Positions 32,261 through 45,594 of a stretch of 45,594 nucleotides of DNA are shown piece after piece. A program made the translations under genes and the position numbers. The DNA is from Mesotaenium endlicherianum (lineage: Eukaryota). Location: NCBI GenBank assembly GCA_009602735.1, contig WELA01001020.1:8491-54084 (forward strand), given 5' to 3'. The notes beneath the pieces are model-generated. The model worked only from the letters and a program-made list of their open reading frames with translations, did not search any database and was not told where the DNA came from. Numbering within the stretch: the stretch's first letter is position 1; each line of letters begins with the position of its first letter.

Positions 32261-35200
32261 CTGCACGCGCCCATAGACGACACAATTGAGGAAGAGGAGG
32301 AGGAGGAGGAGGAGGACGAGCACGTCGTGGAGCCAAAGACTGCCCATGTGGCGTGAGGACGCATGCGCCAGGTGCCCAGATAGCACTTGATTGTCATCTT
32401 TGTCATTTTCCACGGGTACCCACTCTACTTAGAGGCCGCAAAGGCACTGGCAGCCTCCCCGTCAGAGAGGTCATTGTCAGCACTAATAGCAATTCAAACA
32501 GCAACCTTTAGAAAAACTGCTTCTTTTATGGTCAGGAGTACTCGGGCGGGGTAACACAGCCAAGAGAGAAAAGACGGCTGCGTGTGTGCTGTGCCGGTTG
32601 AAGCGGGAGAGGGGGCCGGTGGAGGGTGGCTGGAGAACCACCACCAGCGGAACAAGCCAAGCCAGTAACACCTTGGAGGACCTGGTGCCAGCACCTGCAA
32701 CTAGCTTGCTGCAGAGCAGAGCAGAGCAGAGTGCAGCAGCGCTAGCAAGCCCTGGGGGGCAGGCAAGCAGAGGCGGTCCCCACGTACAGGTGGCATGCGG
32801 TTGTCAGCCTCGCGCACGTGGAACGAGTACTCCCCCGCTGCCGTCGTGACGTGCCACCTGTACTCCCGATGCCTCCGAAGCTCGGCCGCAGGCGTGACCA
32901 TCTGATGGTCCAGATCTGGCCTCTGAAGCACAGCCGATGTCAGCTCGCGGGCGCACACCATCCCCGGAGCCCCCTCTCTGTTGGAAGATCGCCTTGCCAC
33001 GTCAAATCTGCCTGAGCTCACCGCGTCGGTTGCGAGCCAGCTGTACGTCCCCAGGCCGTGCACCAGGGGTTGATTAGACAAGCCCAGCGGGGCATGCTCG
33101 CTGCTGCTGAGTTGGGCAAAGGAGTCGGAAGTGCCACCCGTGCGGGAGAGCGCACGTCTGCTGCTGCTGCTGAACTCGGAATCCACGTATGCTGCAAACT
33201 CGGCGCACAGCGAGAGACCGACGGAGCTCTCGAAGCACGAGCTGATGATCGGCCGCACGCCGCTCCGCAGCGCCCATCGCACGAGCGTAGCTGAGAGCTC
33301 GAAGCCTCCCATTCGGGACGGCTTGATGACCTGCGCAATGTGCAGCCCAGCCATCCAAGGGGGGTGGGCCCTCGCGGTTGTCATTGACAGAGCAGATCTG
33401 ACCGCTCACTGCAGCAGCCCAGCTAAGAGTTCGTGCGACAAGCGGTTGTAGCAACAGGTAGATATCACGAAGAATAGACGTATATGTCGTTTGTCGTCGC
33501 TGACAGTGGCAGCTATGGAGGACAGCGCCGAGACTCAAGAGAGGTCCTGATGTGTCAGTAGGCAAGCAGTAGCAGTGAGTTGCCGTCCCAACACCTGTTG
33601 CACACCTGAAGCACCGAGGCGGTATGTGTCTAAATCCTATACGCCAAGGGCCAAGCGAGGCACAAAATTGTAGGGCTCTCCTACACGCAGAGCTGATGCA
33701 ACATGCCGCAGGAGAGCACAAAAAATCTGCCAGAGACAAATGAGGCAGCTTCCACCACGTGGAAGCAACCCTGGTGCTGACACAAGGTGGAGGGAGCACA
33801 AGTGGGAGCACGGGCGAGGGATGCGCATGCATTGTCCCGGGAGAGGAGGACGCACCACTGCAGCCAGGCCTTGGAAGCAGTGCAGCTGCAGCTGCTCCGA
33901 GGAGCCCCCCTCGTCAATGCTCTCATCCAGCGCCACTGGTACGCCCGTCTCTGCGTAGAACGTCGCCAGGTCGCCCACGTCATTCACTGGCTCCTGCAAT
34001 GTGGTCCCCGCCCCTGATCTGGTCATGGAGAAGAGGACCAAAAAAGCATGCTGCTGATAACCACTGAAAAGGGGAGGCAGCAGTGCTGATGAAAGAAGCT
34101 GCTGCTCCCCCTCTCCCGGGCCAGCTCAGCCTAGCTTAGCCTCCTGGTGCCGCCTGTCGCTACCACAGGTGGCTCACGTGAGGATGTCCTCATCATGCTC
34201 TGCCACTGTCCCTGTGCTCTGCCCCTCACAGCCTCTGAGCGTAGTCCTGAGCACATCCTCTGAGGCGACAATTGGCACCACTCATCAAAAGCCATAACTG
34301 GTAAAGCTGCAGCAAGGCACGACGAGGCCCCTGTCCCCTTTCCTCTCGTCATGTGCTGCTTGAGAGCAGCGCAGCACGCATTCTGCATCTGTATATGAGA
34401 AGGAGGAGGAGAAGATGGCACCCACACACATGGAAGCAAGGGGAAGGAGCAATAAGAGAGGAATTAAGAGGGGTGGGGGGCTGACCTCGAGATACTCGAG
34501 GGCGCAGCCGTGGACAGCCCTCCCGAACGTCACAGCCTGCTGCATGGTCCACCGCCGGTTGGCATCGCACCTCAGATGCACCCCCCACCCCACCGCTGCC
34601 CGCACGGCCCTTACCACCTCCGCATCTGCCAAGGGCGAGGCCCTGCGTGCCACCTGTCAAGCAGCCAAGATGCCAAGAGATGGCGTCAGCAAGGACGCGC
34701 TTCAGCTTTTGTACACCACCTCGCAGAGTGATGTCTGCCCGGGAGGCCCCTATAAGAGGGAGAGGAAGCGGGAGGAAGGCTGGAGCAAGAGGGAGGGCAG
34801 TCCCTACTTTCTCTTCCTTACTGTATGTGTGTGTGTGTGTGTGCGTGTATGCGTGGGTCTCTCTCACCTTGAGCTTAAGAGTGCAGAAGCCCTGCGCCAC
34901 CAGGGCCTGGGCAGCACTGACAGCGTCCTCAGCGCTGCCTTCTCCATCCAGTAGTGCGCACACTCGCACTCCCCCCTTCACCTTCGGGCCGCTTCCCTCC
35001 ATCCCCTCGGCTCTATCAAGAGTTACGACATCCCTGCTGCCCTCCTCCACAGCCGCAGCTGCGCCCGCGGCACCATTGCCTTCGCATCTGGAGGAGCCCC
35101 CCCCGCCTTGATGCCTGGTCTCTTCTACTAGGTTTTCTTCTCGGGGTTGATGCCCTGCGGCAGCGCTGCCAGGTGTCAGTGCACCAGCTTTGGGAAGGTG

Positions 35201-38200
35201 GTCCCAGAGCGGCTCGTTGAGATTGCCTGCGCTGACGCTGGCGGGGTGGTGGTGTTGATCATTATGAGCGTTCGGCAGAGCGGCGCCAACAGCAGCAGAT
35301 CCCGTGAGGAGGCCAGAGAGGGAGGTGGCAGAGGAGGAGGAGGAGGAGGAGGGGGAGGAGGAGGAGGAGGATGCCAGCGCGGTCAGCACAGCTCCCTCCA
35401 AGCCGCACCTCACGCTCGGATGCACGTGCTCCGCCTGCACACGCACGCGTGCAGCTATGAGCGAATAAGGGCAAGCTAGGTTCACTCACAAACGCTGCAG
35501 CTTATCAGGTGGCCCAGCTCTCGGACGAGATCGGCTGCACTATGGAACAGCGACAACCACAACCGCCCCACTCCTACGCCATCCCCCGGGAAAACTTCTC
35601 TATGGCGTGGAGGCTGGAGAGGGGTCAACAACGACAGCAGCAGCAGCAGCAGCAGCAGCAAAAGCAGAAGCAGCACCTCGGTGCCCAGCGTGTGGGAGAG
35701 CCAGGCGCCCATGCGCCCATCCAGCAGGGCCAGCCCCAGGGGCAGGTGGCAGCCCACCAGGCAGGGCAGCAGGAGCCTGAGCTGCGCCTCAGCCTCTTGC
35801 AGGCTCTCCTCGTGCAGCCCGGGCAGCGGCGCCACCTGTCGGAGGAACAAGTTGGTACGCGTCAATTGGCGGGTACTGCAGAAGGATGGGGAAGTACAAG
35901 GGAGATGTCGAGGACGAGGACTTGATGAGTCGTGTGGAGCACTTGCGGAAGCACACTCAAGCAGACAGGCTGGCTTAGCGGACTGGGAGTGAGCAGGCAT
36001 GCTCAACTCGGCTATTTTATATACAGAGCCAGATGGCAGCTGGTGGGCACAGGCACTGGCAGCAAGGGCAGCTAGAGAGGTCCTGCAGGGGCCCACCTGC
36101 ACCTCTAGCAGGCGATCGTGCACGCATACACAGACACTCACACACACACACATGCACACGCTGTTCATGGGGTGAATGGAGGAAGGAGCCGGGAGTGGAG
36201 CAAGAGAGCGGGCGGGAGCAGACGCGCCTACCTCGCCAATGCCCTGGGCTCCGCAGCGCAGAGCCAGGTGCACCAGCAGACCCCGCCTCGTTTGCGATTG
36301 CCTGCCCCCGCCGCTGTCGCTACTGCCCGCATGCTCACCCTCGGTGGTGGTCGGCGGCGCTGACAGTGCTATTCTGCAGCCCAAGCACAAAGTCAGCCAC
36401 ATGGGACTTCAGCCGGTGAGGCTGGGAGGGAGCTGCAAGAGGTCCAGCAACAGCGAACCACAGGTGGTGGACAAGGCCTTTTTGCTGCGAGCACGAGGAA
36501 ATGCTGCAAGCGGGAGCTAGGTCAAGTGGGATCAAGAGCAAGGTCGTCTCAGCTGCTCCCAGCTCTGGCAATCAAAATTTCAAGTGGGCACAAGTCTGTT
36601 GACACATGTGTGTATTCACAAGCAAAAACAATTGCGCAGACACGTATCTCCCGTAAGCCACGCGCACACACACACACACACAGACACACATACACACACA
36701 GAGTGTGTATGAGTATGAGAGAGAGGGAGAGAGAGAGAGAGAGACGTACTGGTAGCAGGAATAAGAAGCGGTGCTCACTGTGGTGGCTTGCTGGGCTAGC
36801 GACGAGAAGGGACGGGGAGGCCCCGCCAGCAGCACGCCTACCGCCCGCCTCACCGCAGCTTTCACCACCTGCTGGAGCTCCCTGCAGATCAAGTGCACCA
36901 CAGGCAACCTCTCAGGAATTGCAAACACACGTGCACACATGCGCGCGCGCACACACACACACACACACAAACACACACACTCACACTGACCCACCCACAC
37001 ACGTGCACACAGACACCAACTTAGTGCGACAGGGCGGCGCACCGACTGACTAATAGACACTACGGGGCCACCTCCCCAGCTTGAACCTGTCCAGACAGAG
37101 CGCCTCCAATTTGCACAAGATCCTCTTTCCGTCCCTCCCTCCCCCTCTGCTTACTGCCAGACCCCCCAGAATGGGCTGAGTGAACAAGAGCTGCTTGATC
37201 CGATCACAGTGCGCTGCCAGCCTGCAGAGGACGACGCGACACAGCTGTGGGCCATCAGGAGTAGCTGTACTTTCCCCCTCCCTTGTAGCAGCGCCTCGCA
37301 GGCCTGTGCGGCCGCACGCAGGAGGCCAAGGCAAGCAGGCAGGCAGGCAGGCAGGCAGGGGGGCAGGCGAGGGCAGGCATCCACACCCACTGGCCCAGGA
37401 GGGCAGGCGGGGGGGGGGCGNNNNNNNNNNNNNNNNNNNNNNNNNNNNNNNNNNNNNNNNNNNNNNNNNNNNNNNNNNNNNNNNNNNNNNNNNNNNNNNN
37501 NNNNNNNNNNNNNNNNNNNNNNNNNNNNNNNNNNNNNNNNNNNNNNNNNNNNNNNNNNNNNNNNNNNNNNNNNNNNNNNNNNNNNNNNNNNNNNNNNNNN
37601 NNNNNNNNNNNNNNNNNNNNNNNNNNNNNNNNNNNNNNNNNNNNNNNNNNNNNNNNNNNNNNNNNNNNNNNNNNNNNNGGGGGGGGGGCAGGCAGCCTTA
37701 GCCACCAACGCAGGGGGCAGGCAGGCAGGGGAGGGCTAGGCAGGCAGGCAGGCGCAGGCACGGACCGGTGGAGGGCGGTGTTGGAAGCGATGGAGCTGGC
37801 CACCTCGATGACATAGTGGCGGCGCGCCCTCTGCGCCGCCGCCAGCGCCGCTAGCAGCTCCTCCTTGCCCTCCACCCGCACGTGCGCCACCCTGCGCGAG
37901 AGCCACGCCCCACAATTCCACGTGCTCCCTCCATCATCATCGTCGCCATGAGCCGCGTGCAAAGTGGCGTCAGTGCGCCGCTTGCCGCATCCCCAGGAGG
38001 AGGGATTAGTAGCGCGGGCACTAGGCACGTGCTTGCCGGGAAGTTTTCTGGGCGGCCTTCGCTCCCTTTGCTGCGGCCCACCAGCCTCGGGGCAAACCGC
38101 TTCTGCTGGGCGTATATTGGGTCAGATTGCAGTCGTGCCAAGAAAAGGCGGCAACGCGACGGCTACGACATCTGCCAGCTCTGCAAAACTACGCGAGACT

Positions 38201-41200
38201 GGCAAACCACGTTATGGGGGCGTGCGCTCTCACGGTCCGCTGACTTCCAGTGAGCACATGCATAATGGGCCCGGCTTCCTCAAATTCCTTCTTCCGGCTT
38301 TTTGCTGCCAATGGCGCGGTGCTGCCTGAGAAACAGAGCAGGAGAGTGCCTGCCGTTGGCTTCCCAGTAGTGCACAGTGGGTGGCAGACGCTGGCAAGGC
38401 TGGGCAGCTCCCTCTCTTTCTAGTGTGAGGTATGCACGACGGAGGCGGTTCCAGTGCCTGCCATCCTACTGCTGGCCCTAGGGCACCTTCCTTCCCCTGG
38501 GTCGGAGCGATAGCCTGACCGATACGCCATGTGCTTCCAAGGGAGCTCCGGGAACTGACACCCCGGCTGGCCAGGATGGGCAGAATGGGCCAGAGACTGC
38601 ACAAGCCTGCTCATGCTCATGCATCAAGGGCCTCCTCCTCCTCCACACGCAGACGCAGCAGAGGCGCAAAGTGGCTGGAGGTGTGCAAGCAGGGCGGGAC
38701 ACCACCTACCTGTGAGCGCGGCACAGCTGGCTGAGCGCCACGTCGTGCGGGGTGGAGAACAGCGGCGTGAAGGTGCCGGTTGGCAGCGTGGCCGCGACGG
38801 GCAGCATGCTGAATATGGCGCCCCCCTGGTTATTCACCACCACCACTGTCACTGGAGGTTGACCCGACCTGCCAGGGCAGGCCAGGTGGAGCCCAGCAGC
38901 GCTAGCCACATTAGCTTCCTCAGAACCATAGAGAATGTTTGGCGTAAAATGGACCTCTGCACCCACAGACGCACGCATGCATGCCAATATATATGCGAAC
39001 TGCCCGCTCCCCCCCAGCCACAGCGGCGGAAAGAAAGCTCCCGCTTAGCAATCTACACCAGCCTGAAAGTGGACTGACTGAGTAGGCAGCTGCCCTAGGC
39101 CTGCACTTATTGTCCTCCGACTTTTCTGGATCGCACTCCTTCCAGACAATACGTCGCATGTGTGAGTTCCATCAAGCAGCCCTCATTCGAATATCAATCT
39201 GCCGACAGCCACGTGACCACTGCCTCCCCTTATTTCCCCCCTTCACCCCGGGGTGGCAGGCCCCTCTACATGCCAGCGCACTTGATCATGCACAGACGGA
39301 TTTTAGTCCACAGAAAACTATAGCCCACCTTTCCGACAGGAGAGTGAGGCCGTTGGTGTCGTGAAGAAACGACACGTCGCCCACCAAAAACGTAACCTGC
39401 CCACCTTTGTCAACCCCCACCCCGCCCAGCACGCACCCTCAAGAGGAACATGCTCAACAGCTCAGCCACAGAGAGGAGAGCACCCGGAGCCAAGAGCATC
39501 TCCACAAACTGCTTGCGCACCGCTGCCTCAAGCATTGGGCAGAACCTTCCAAAGCTGTACAGGCTCCCGCTCGGAGACCCAGAGCTGCTGCGAGGTGTCA
39601 AGAGGAGGAAGGGCAGCAGCGCGCAAGCACCCACCGGCCTCTTGCAGCCGGCCGCAAAGCCCACGGCCGTGCTCAGCACGCCGTCGATGCCGCTGGCGCC
39701 CCTGTTGCACCCCACTCTGGGCCCAAACAGCAGCGCAGCATCACCCTCGCCGGCGGGGGGCAAGGCGCCGGCCGGGGAGTACATGTCGACGTCGCGGATG
39801 GCCATGCTGTTGCCCAGGAAGAGTGCGCTCCCCGGGGCCACTGACGCGGCGACAGCTCGCGCCGCCCAGGGCTCGCTCAGAGCCTCCGCCTCGTCCAGCC
39901 TGGCAGCGATCTCGGCGCCCGCCTGCGCAGCGGGAGCACATGTCAGTAGTAGCAGCTGCCTCATCGTCAACTGCCTAGCTGTGGTCGTCTCGCGCGCTCG
40001 TCTCTCATGGGAACGAGGGCGCCCCCTCCTGCATTCCCACTTGCCTGCCTAAGCATTGCACAAGGCATCGTGCAGCATGGCCTCAGCACCAAGAGTGATG
40101 CTTCCTTCTGCCCATTTGTCTCCCATTTGACGCCCGTGTGGGCTGTTGCTAGGTCATAAACTTGTGGGTCGCCACCAGGGCTCCTCTCGTGGGCCTTCCA
40201 AAAGGAGCCAGATCTCTGCCCATGGCCATCACTCCAGAGTCCGAAACAAAACCGGGGGGCGCTGCTCCGAGACAAGACCAGAGCTCAGAGGATGGGACGC
40301 ACCTAAGGTGGTGGCGGGTGCGTGGAGCGACAGTAGGGGTAGGCACGTACCACCTCAGACAGGAACAGCAGCAGCTCCATGTATTCCGCCTGTTCCCTCG
40401 CCCTCTCCCTCTCCAACACCTCATCCGGCCCTCCTCCTCCACCTTGCCCCTCCTCCTCCCCTTCCTCCATCTCCTCCTCCGCCTGCTCTCCGTCGGGAGC
40501 CCCGCCCGAGCCCCACCTGGCCAGCAAGGGCCTCGCCACATAGCGTGACGCGGTGGCGCACTGGAGCGCCTCCAAGAAGGCCGGCAGCTGCATGTGCACG
40601 CGGTGCGACAGCAGATGCGCCGCGTCGCTGCGCAGGGGGTGGTCCTCCACAAGAATGTGAGCCGCCGCCTCTGCCCCTGCCACCACCCCCTCCCTCGGCC
40701 CCGCTCCGGGCCCCGGCCTCTCGTCTGGTGCAAGCGCCGCCGCTTCCAAGAAGCTGCTCACGCGCTTGCTTGTCACTCGCCCTCCCAGCTGAACATCTCC
40801 CCCCCCCCCCCCCCNNNNNNNNNNNNNNNNNNNNNNNNNNNNNNNNNNNNNNNNNNNNNNNNNNNNNNNNNNNNNNNNNNNNNNNNNNNNNNNNNNNNNN
40901 NNNNNNNNNNNNNNNNNNNNNNNNNNNNNNNNNNNNNNNNNNNNNNNNNNNNNNNNNNNNNNNNNNNNNNNNNNNNNNNNNNNNNNNNNNNNNNNNNNNN
41001 NNNNNNNNNNNNNNNNNNNNNNNNNNNNNNNNNNNNNNNNNNNNNNNNNNNNNNNNNNNNNNNNNNNNNNNNNNNNNNNNNNNNNNNNNNNNNNNNNNNN
41101 NNNNNNNNNNNNNNNNNNNNNNNNNNNNNNNNNNNNNNNNNNNNNNNNNNNNNNNNNNNNNNNNNNNNNNNNNNNNNNNNNNNNNNNNNNNNNNNNNNNN

Positions 41201-41936
41201 NNNNNNNNNNNNNNNNNNNNNNNNNNNNNNNNNNNNNNNNNNNNNNNNNNNNNNNNNNNNNNNNNNNNNNNNNNNNNNNNNNNNNNNNNNNNNNNNNNNN
41301 NNNNNNNNNNNNNNNNNNNNNNNNNNNNNNNNNNNNNNNNNNNNNNNNNNNNNNNNNNNNNNNNNNNNNNNNNNNNNNNNNNNNNNNNNNNNNNNNNNNN
41401 NNNNNNNNNNNNNNNNNNNNNNNNNNNNNNNNNNNNNNNNNNNNNNNNNNNNNNNNNNNNNNNNNNNNNNNNNNNNNNNNNNNNNNNNNNNNNNNNNNNN
41501 NNNNNNNNNNNNNNNNNNNNNNNNNNNNNNNNNNNNNNNNNNNNNNNNNNNNNNNNNNNNNNNNNNNNNNNNNNNNNNNNNNNNNNNNNNNNNNNNNNNN
41601 NNNNNNNNNNNNNNNNNNNNNNNNNNNNNNNNNNNNNNNNNNNNNNNNNNNNNNNNNNNNNNNNNNNNNNNNNNNNNNNNNNNNNNNNNNNNNNNNNNNN
41701 NNNNNNNNNNNNNNNNNNNNNNNNNNCCCCCCCCCCGCCCCCCCAAACATCCCCTCTCCCATGCCCACACGCCCACACGCTTCAGTCAATACACACAGCT
41801 CACATGGCGAGCCAAGCCTGCAAGCTGACAAGGAGTAAGACCCTGCGTGCACACGACACTTGAGAGCGCTTCTCCTGTGAGAGAGATGCTGCTCCTCAGC
41901 TCAGCAGCACCGTGCCTGCATTGGCACTTGCACTAT

Positions 41937-41967
<31 letters not shown>

Positions 41968-44900
41968 CGCAGGACCGCCCAAGGAGGGAAAATCAGTTCC
42001 TGCCAGACCTCTTGCTTGCTGCCAGTGCCGCTCAGGCTAGCAGAAAAGGGCCTCCATCAGCAAAAGCAAGCCAGCGCTGACAAGACCGTTCATGCAATAA
42101 AGGTAGAGCTCAAACAGCAGGACAGCAGAGGAGGCAAAGACACTGGAGCTGATGAAGCGTTGCCAGGCAGGCACCTAGGGAGGTGTGCATGGTTGGATGA
42201 AAGCATCCAAAGATAGGTGGATGAATGGAAGGTCAGGCCTTGATGGTCCCAATGACCAGGCGGCGACAGCCATCCAGCTCCCCAGCCCGGAACTAAAGGC
42301 AGGCAGTGCCTAGGGGTGTGAGAGGGTACCTGCAGGATGACATCTGGCGCCAGCAGCGCGCTGGCCTCCTCGTGCAGAAGAACGTGATCCAGATGGTGCA
42401 CAACCGCCACCCCTGACATGCCACCTGTCGCCCTCGGAGTAACACGCAGAGAAGCTTCACAGAGCATGAGCCGAGAGAGGGCGGCAAGTGCCAGAGGAAT
42501 GCCTGGACAGCTGGTTGCTTGCTCCTGCTCCTCCGCACCCACGGCCCATGGCTGAGCTCCACGGCCTGTCCCTAACACGTTCCATGCCAGCTGCCTGCTC
42601 CTCCTCCTCCTCATCGGCAGAAGAACAGCCGCCAGACGGGACGGTGCTGCTGCTGCAGGATGAAACTTATGGAGGCTGCCTTTGAGGAAAGAGGGATGAA
42701 GAATCATCTCCACCATACACACACACAAACACACACACACACACACACATACACACACACACATACACACACGCACACAGAACACACCGTGTGGCCTGTG
42801 CCAACCCTGGGCTCCAGTTCCGAGCAGATACCACATCAGCCCAGAGAAAGGAAGGGAGAGAGAGAACAAGACTGAAGGATGCAGATGAGGAGACGGCACC
42901 TGCAGAGCTGCCAAGGACCCGCAGCCCAGACGCAACGTCGGCAACCACAGGCCACGCCAGGTGGCGCGCTATCATGGCCGCCGCCCACGTCTCCTCCTCG
43001 CGGTGCAGGCCTCCCACAACCACCAGGCCCCGGCGCGCCCCCTGCACCACGTCCATCACATCCTGCAGGCCCCCACCAAGCGCCAGGTGGCTGCGTGCCG
43101 CCGCTGCCGCAGCAGCCGCAGTTCCCCAGTGGTGCTCCAGCTGTCGCGCACCCCCAGGCCTAGACCTGGCAGCCGTTTCTTGCTGGGGGCCGCTACTGCT
43201 ACTGCTCCTGCTCGTGCTCGAGCTTGCATTCGCGTTCCCCTCCCCAACCCCCACAGCTTCCTCGCCGCCCTCTGCCAGCTCAGCCATGAAGTCCCCTTGT
43301 CTCCGCGTGGGCCCTGCGGCCGGCCCCCAGATCCCCCCAGCTGAACGGGGGCTCGCTGGCGGGGCGCGGGGGAGCCAGCGGACGGAGTCGGGCGGCACGT
43401 ACGACGTGAAGGGGGCGCGGCCGCCGCCTGCGCGCCACCTGTCGAGGCCCTTGAGGCAGGCGGCGTCCCACGCGTGCTCCCGAGGGGCCAGGGGCTCGCG
43501 GAACTGGCAGTTGATGTGCACGGGGCCGGCGGGCTGTGAGGTGCAGGCTCTGAAAATGGCCTGGTCCAGAGTAGTGAGCAGCATGCGCGCGGGCATGGCC
43601 GTGTCGGGCGCGGGGAGGTCCACGTGGTAGCGCACGTAGCTGCCAAAGTGGTTGACCTGTAGGAGGATACCGGAGAGGAAGGGGGGGGNACGGCCGGGCG
43701 GCCCGCCCCGCGGGAGAAGCCAAGCGCATTGTAGGCGAGCGAGCGCTCGTCGATGCATACCACCACCCTGGCGTGCGGGTTGCTGGCTGCCGCAATTGCT
43801 AGCGGCGACGACCGCGAGCCCGGCGCAATGCAGAAGTACTGTGGCCACAGAGAAACGAAGAAGGGCACGTGACAAAGCGAACAGGACGCAGCGCACAGGA
43901 CAGCACAGCACACGCAGCAGCCCCTCCCCCGCTCCCTCTCAGACAGCCTGGCCCTGTGGCCCTTTTTGCAACAAGTCCGCAACTTGCAAGGGAAGCGGAC
44001 ATGGCGCCTGCAGGCCACTGAGAGCTCCCGCTCAATGCAAGCGTATTGTTCCTGATGCTGGGTCAAGTGAAGTCCCCACCTACTAGCTCTCTTGCCCACC
44101 CACCCACCCACCCACCTGCCCGTCTGCCCTCCCTGCAACAGTACGGGGGGTGGCAGGAAGCTTGCACAGGCACGACACGTGAGACAAAGAGGGCTGGAGA
44201 ATGAGGAAGGGGTCATGGTGGCTCACAGTGCAGCCCAGGCGGCAGCACTCCTCGACAGCAAGGGCGGCCCACAGCGAGTTGATGTTGGGGGCATCGTCCA
44301 GCGCCTGCTGCTGCCCCAGCAGCGCCTCAAACTGCAGGCAGGCACGTACAGGCACACACACACGCGCACATACACACACACGCGCACACACATTCAAGAG
44401 CAGCAGCAGCCGAGGATGGGGACTTGCAGAAGATCACAAGCTCCCCAGCGTATGCCCCACAGTGCAAGCCCGCTGCTAAGAGGGAGCCAGCTGTCATTAA
44501 ATCTTGCACCTCGGCCAGAGAAAGAGCTCTTTCTGGCGCGGGTGCCCCCCTCCACTGTGACAAATGAGATACTAGGCTCCCACTTCTGCTCTGCAGCTTC
44601 ACTCGCCGCAACAACTCATGTGCGGTGCTGTGTGTGTCTGTGTGCGTGCATGCATGTGGTGCATGATTTTTCTNCAGGCAGCAGATAGTTGGCTGAGGAT
44701 CCTTTTGCTCTGCACCTCCGCACATGCTGTGTGTGTGCGTGAGTGTGTGCGTGTGTGCGCGCACGCGCAAGCGAGCATTCTCACGCGTCGACGGCAGCAA
44801 AAGCTCGTGGATGACGACTGGTATGCATGAGGAGCTTGCAAGTGGTGGGACAGGTTGCAGCATAGAGGTGAGGGAGATGACTCAAGTCGAAGCCAAGTTG

Positions 44901-45165
44901 GCTCGAGGAGCCCGCCTTCTGATTCTGAGGACTAGCCCACACAATGAAGGGAAGGCAATCTCACTGAAAGCACCCAAGACGTTTCTGGCAGAACCAAAGT
45001 AAAGTAAGATATCTCGGCTCACGGACGAGCAGAGATACAGACTGGAAGACTGCCTGGCCGACCTACCTGGTTGATGGTCTGGTTGGCCCCCGTGTCTCTG
45101 AGCTCTGCCGGCCGGTCAGCCACCAGCAGGACAAGTGGCACGCAGTCCTGGCTCGCCTCCACGAC
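28621..45165 (-). CDS. PHYLLO: PHYLLO, multifunctional phylloquinone biosynthesis protein (MenD-MenC-MenH part; multi-exon; 5' MenF-like part not in window)
   Basis: Exons in expected transcript order: 44331-44227, 43838-43690(gap), 45165-45067 (out of place), 43656-42900, 42424-42330, 40788-40351, 39922-39635, 39396-39329, 38868-38710, 37891-37766, 36881-~36779, 36373-36232, 35835-35677, 35434-34868, 34653-34486, 33993-33856, 33330-~32788, ~32260-31610, 30267-30110, 29854-29747, 29484-29186, ~28772-28621 (TGA). Some boundaries are tentative and small exons may be missed. Confidence 0.93.
32788..36373 (-). other. menC: PHYLLO MenC (o-succinylbenzoate synthase) domain exons
   Basis: [74 protein letters not shown]. 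Confidence 0.93.
37766..45165 (-). other. menD: PHYLLO MenD (SEPHCHC synthase, ThDP-dependent) domain exons
   Basis: [104 protein letters not shown]. Confidence 0.94.
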
Positions 45166-45594
45166 CTGCCGTCCATCGCATCACAGACGCGCCATAGCAC
45201 ACACACACACACACACACACACACCTTCTAAGCTTGCGCTGCATCTATAGAGCATGTGATTAAGAACAGCGAGATTGGTGGCTCCACAAACAGGAGGGCC
45301 TCATTTTGAAGGGTCTCAAACCAGCTCTGCCCTGGGATGCATATGAGCAAGTCACTCTCAAGCTTGTCTGTGGGAGCTCCACGCATACGGCAATTCCCCG
45401 TGGTAAAGCTGTGCTCGCCATCTCTAGGGTAGGGGAGACCAGCACAAGCACACGCCCTCCACAAAGGAGAGAGGGTCCCCTAGCAGTGGGGAAGAACAAC
45501 AGAAAGGGCGGCTCCTGGTGCTTGAGCTAGCTAGCTAGCGGGGGCCCAGCATTTTCCGCAAAGCAGCTGACAAGCAGAGGAGTAGCGGGGGGGG

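Noticed and set aside
28556..45530. Numerous + strand ORFs over the PHYLLO region
   Set aside because: Antisense shadows of GC-rich exons and microsatellite introns; no recognisable motifs.
28621..45594. PHYLLO as cargo of a giant YR element, or as a bacterial men operon/HGT
   Set aside because: It is a spliced, fused core photosynthetic-eukaryote gene, and no element terminus is visible beyond it in the window.

Overview
Eukaryotic, GC-rich, intron-rich DNA from a draft assembly (N gaps at 3473-3901, 30749-31547, 37421-37678, 40815-41726; single Ns at 43689 and 44674). A spliced PHYLLO gene, (CA)n-rich introns and an iMet-primed chromovirus point to a green plant lineage, probably a streptophyte alga (inference). 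The right part (28.6-45.6 kb, - strand) is PHYLLO, covering MenD-MenC-MenH; one MenD exon is out of order, probably from scaffolding. The left part (1-28.1 kb) is a three-layer nest of mobile DNA. (1) Tandem, decayed, multi-exon tyrosine-recombinase genes with no RT. By eye they resemble Crypton or DUF3435 (Starship captain) recombinases, and they are invisible in the ORF track until spliced. (2) A decayed retroelement whose polyprotein fuses a retropepsin protease to a DNMT3-like C5-cytosine methyltransferase, followed by an accessory ORF. (3) Inside it, a young full-length Ty3/gypsy chromovirus (10889-19730, -) with 745-bp LTRs, PBS, PPT, a canonical -1 frameshift signal, a duplicated PPT and an extra ~560-aa ORF of unknown function. 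All family assignments come from reading motifs by eye; no searches were run.
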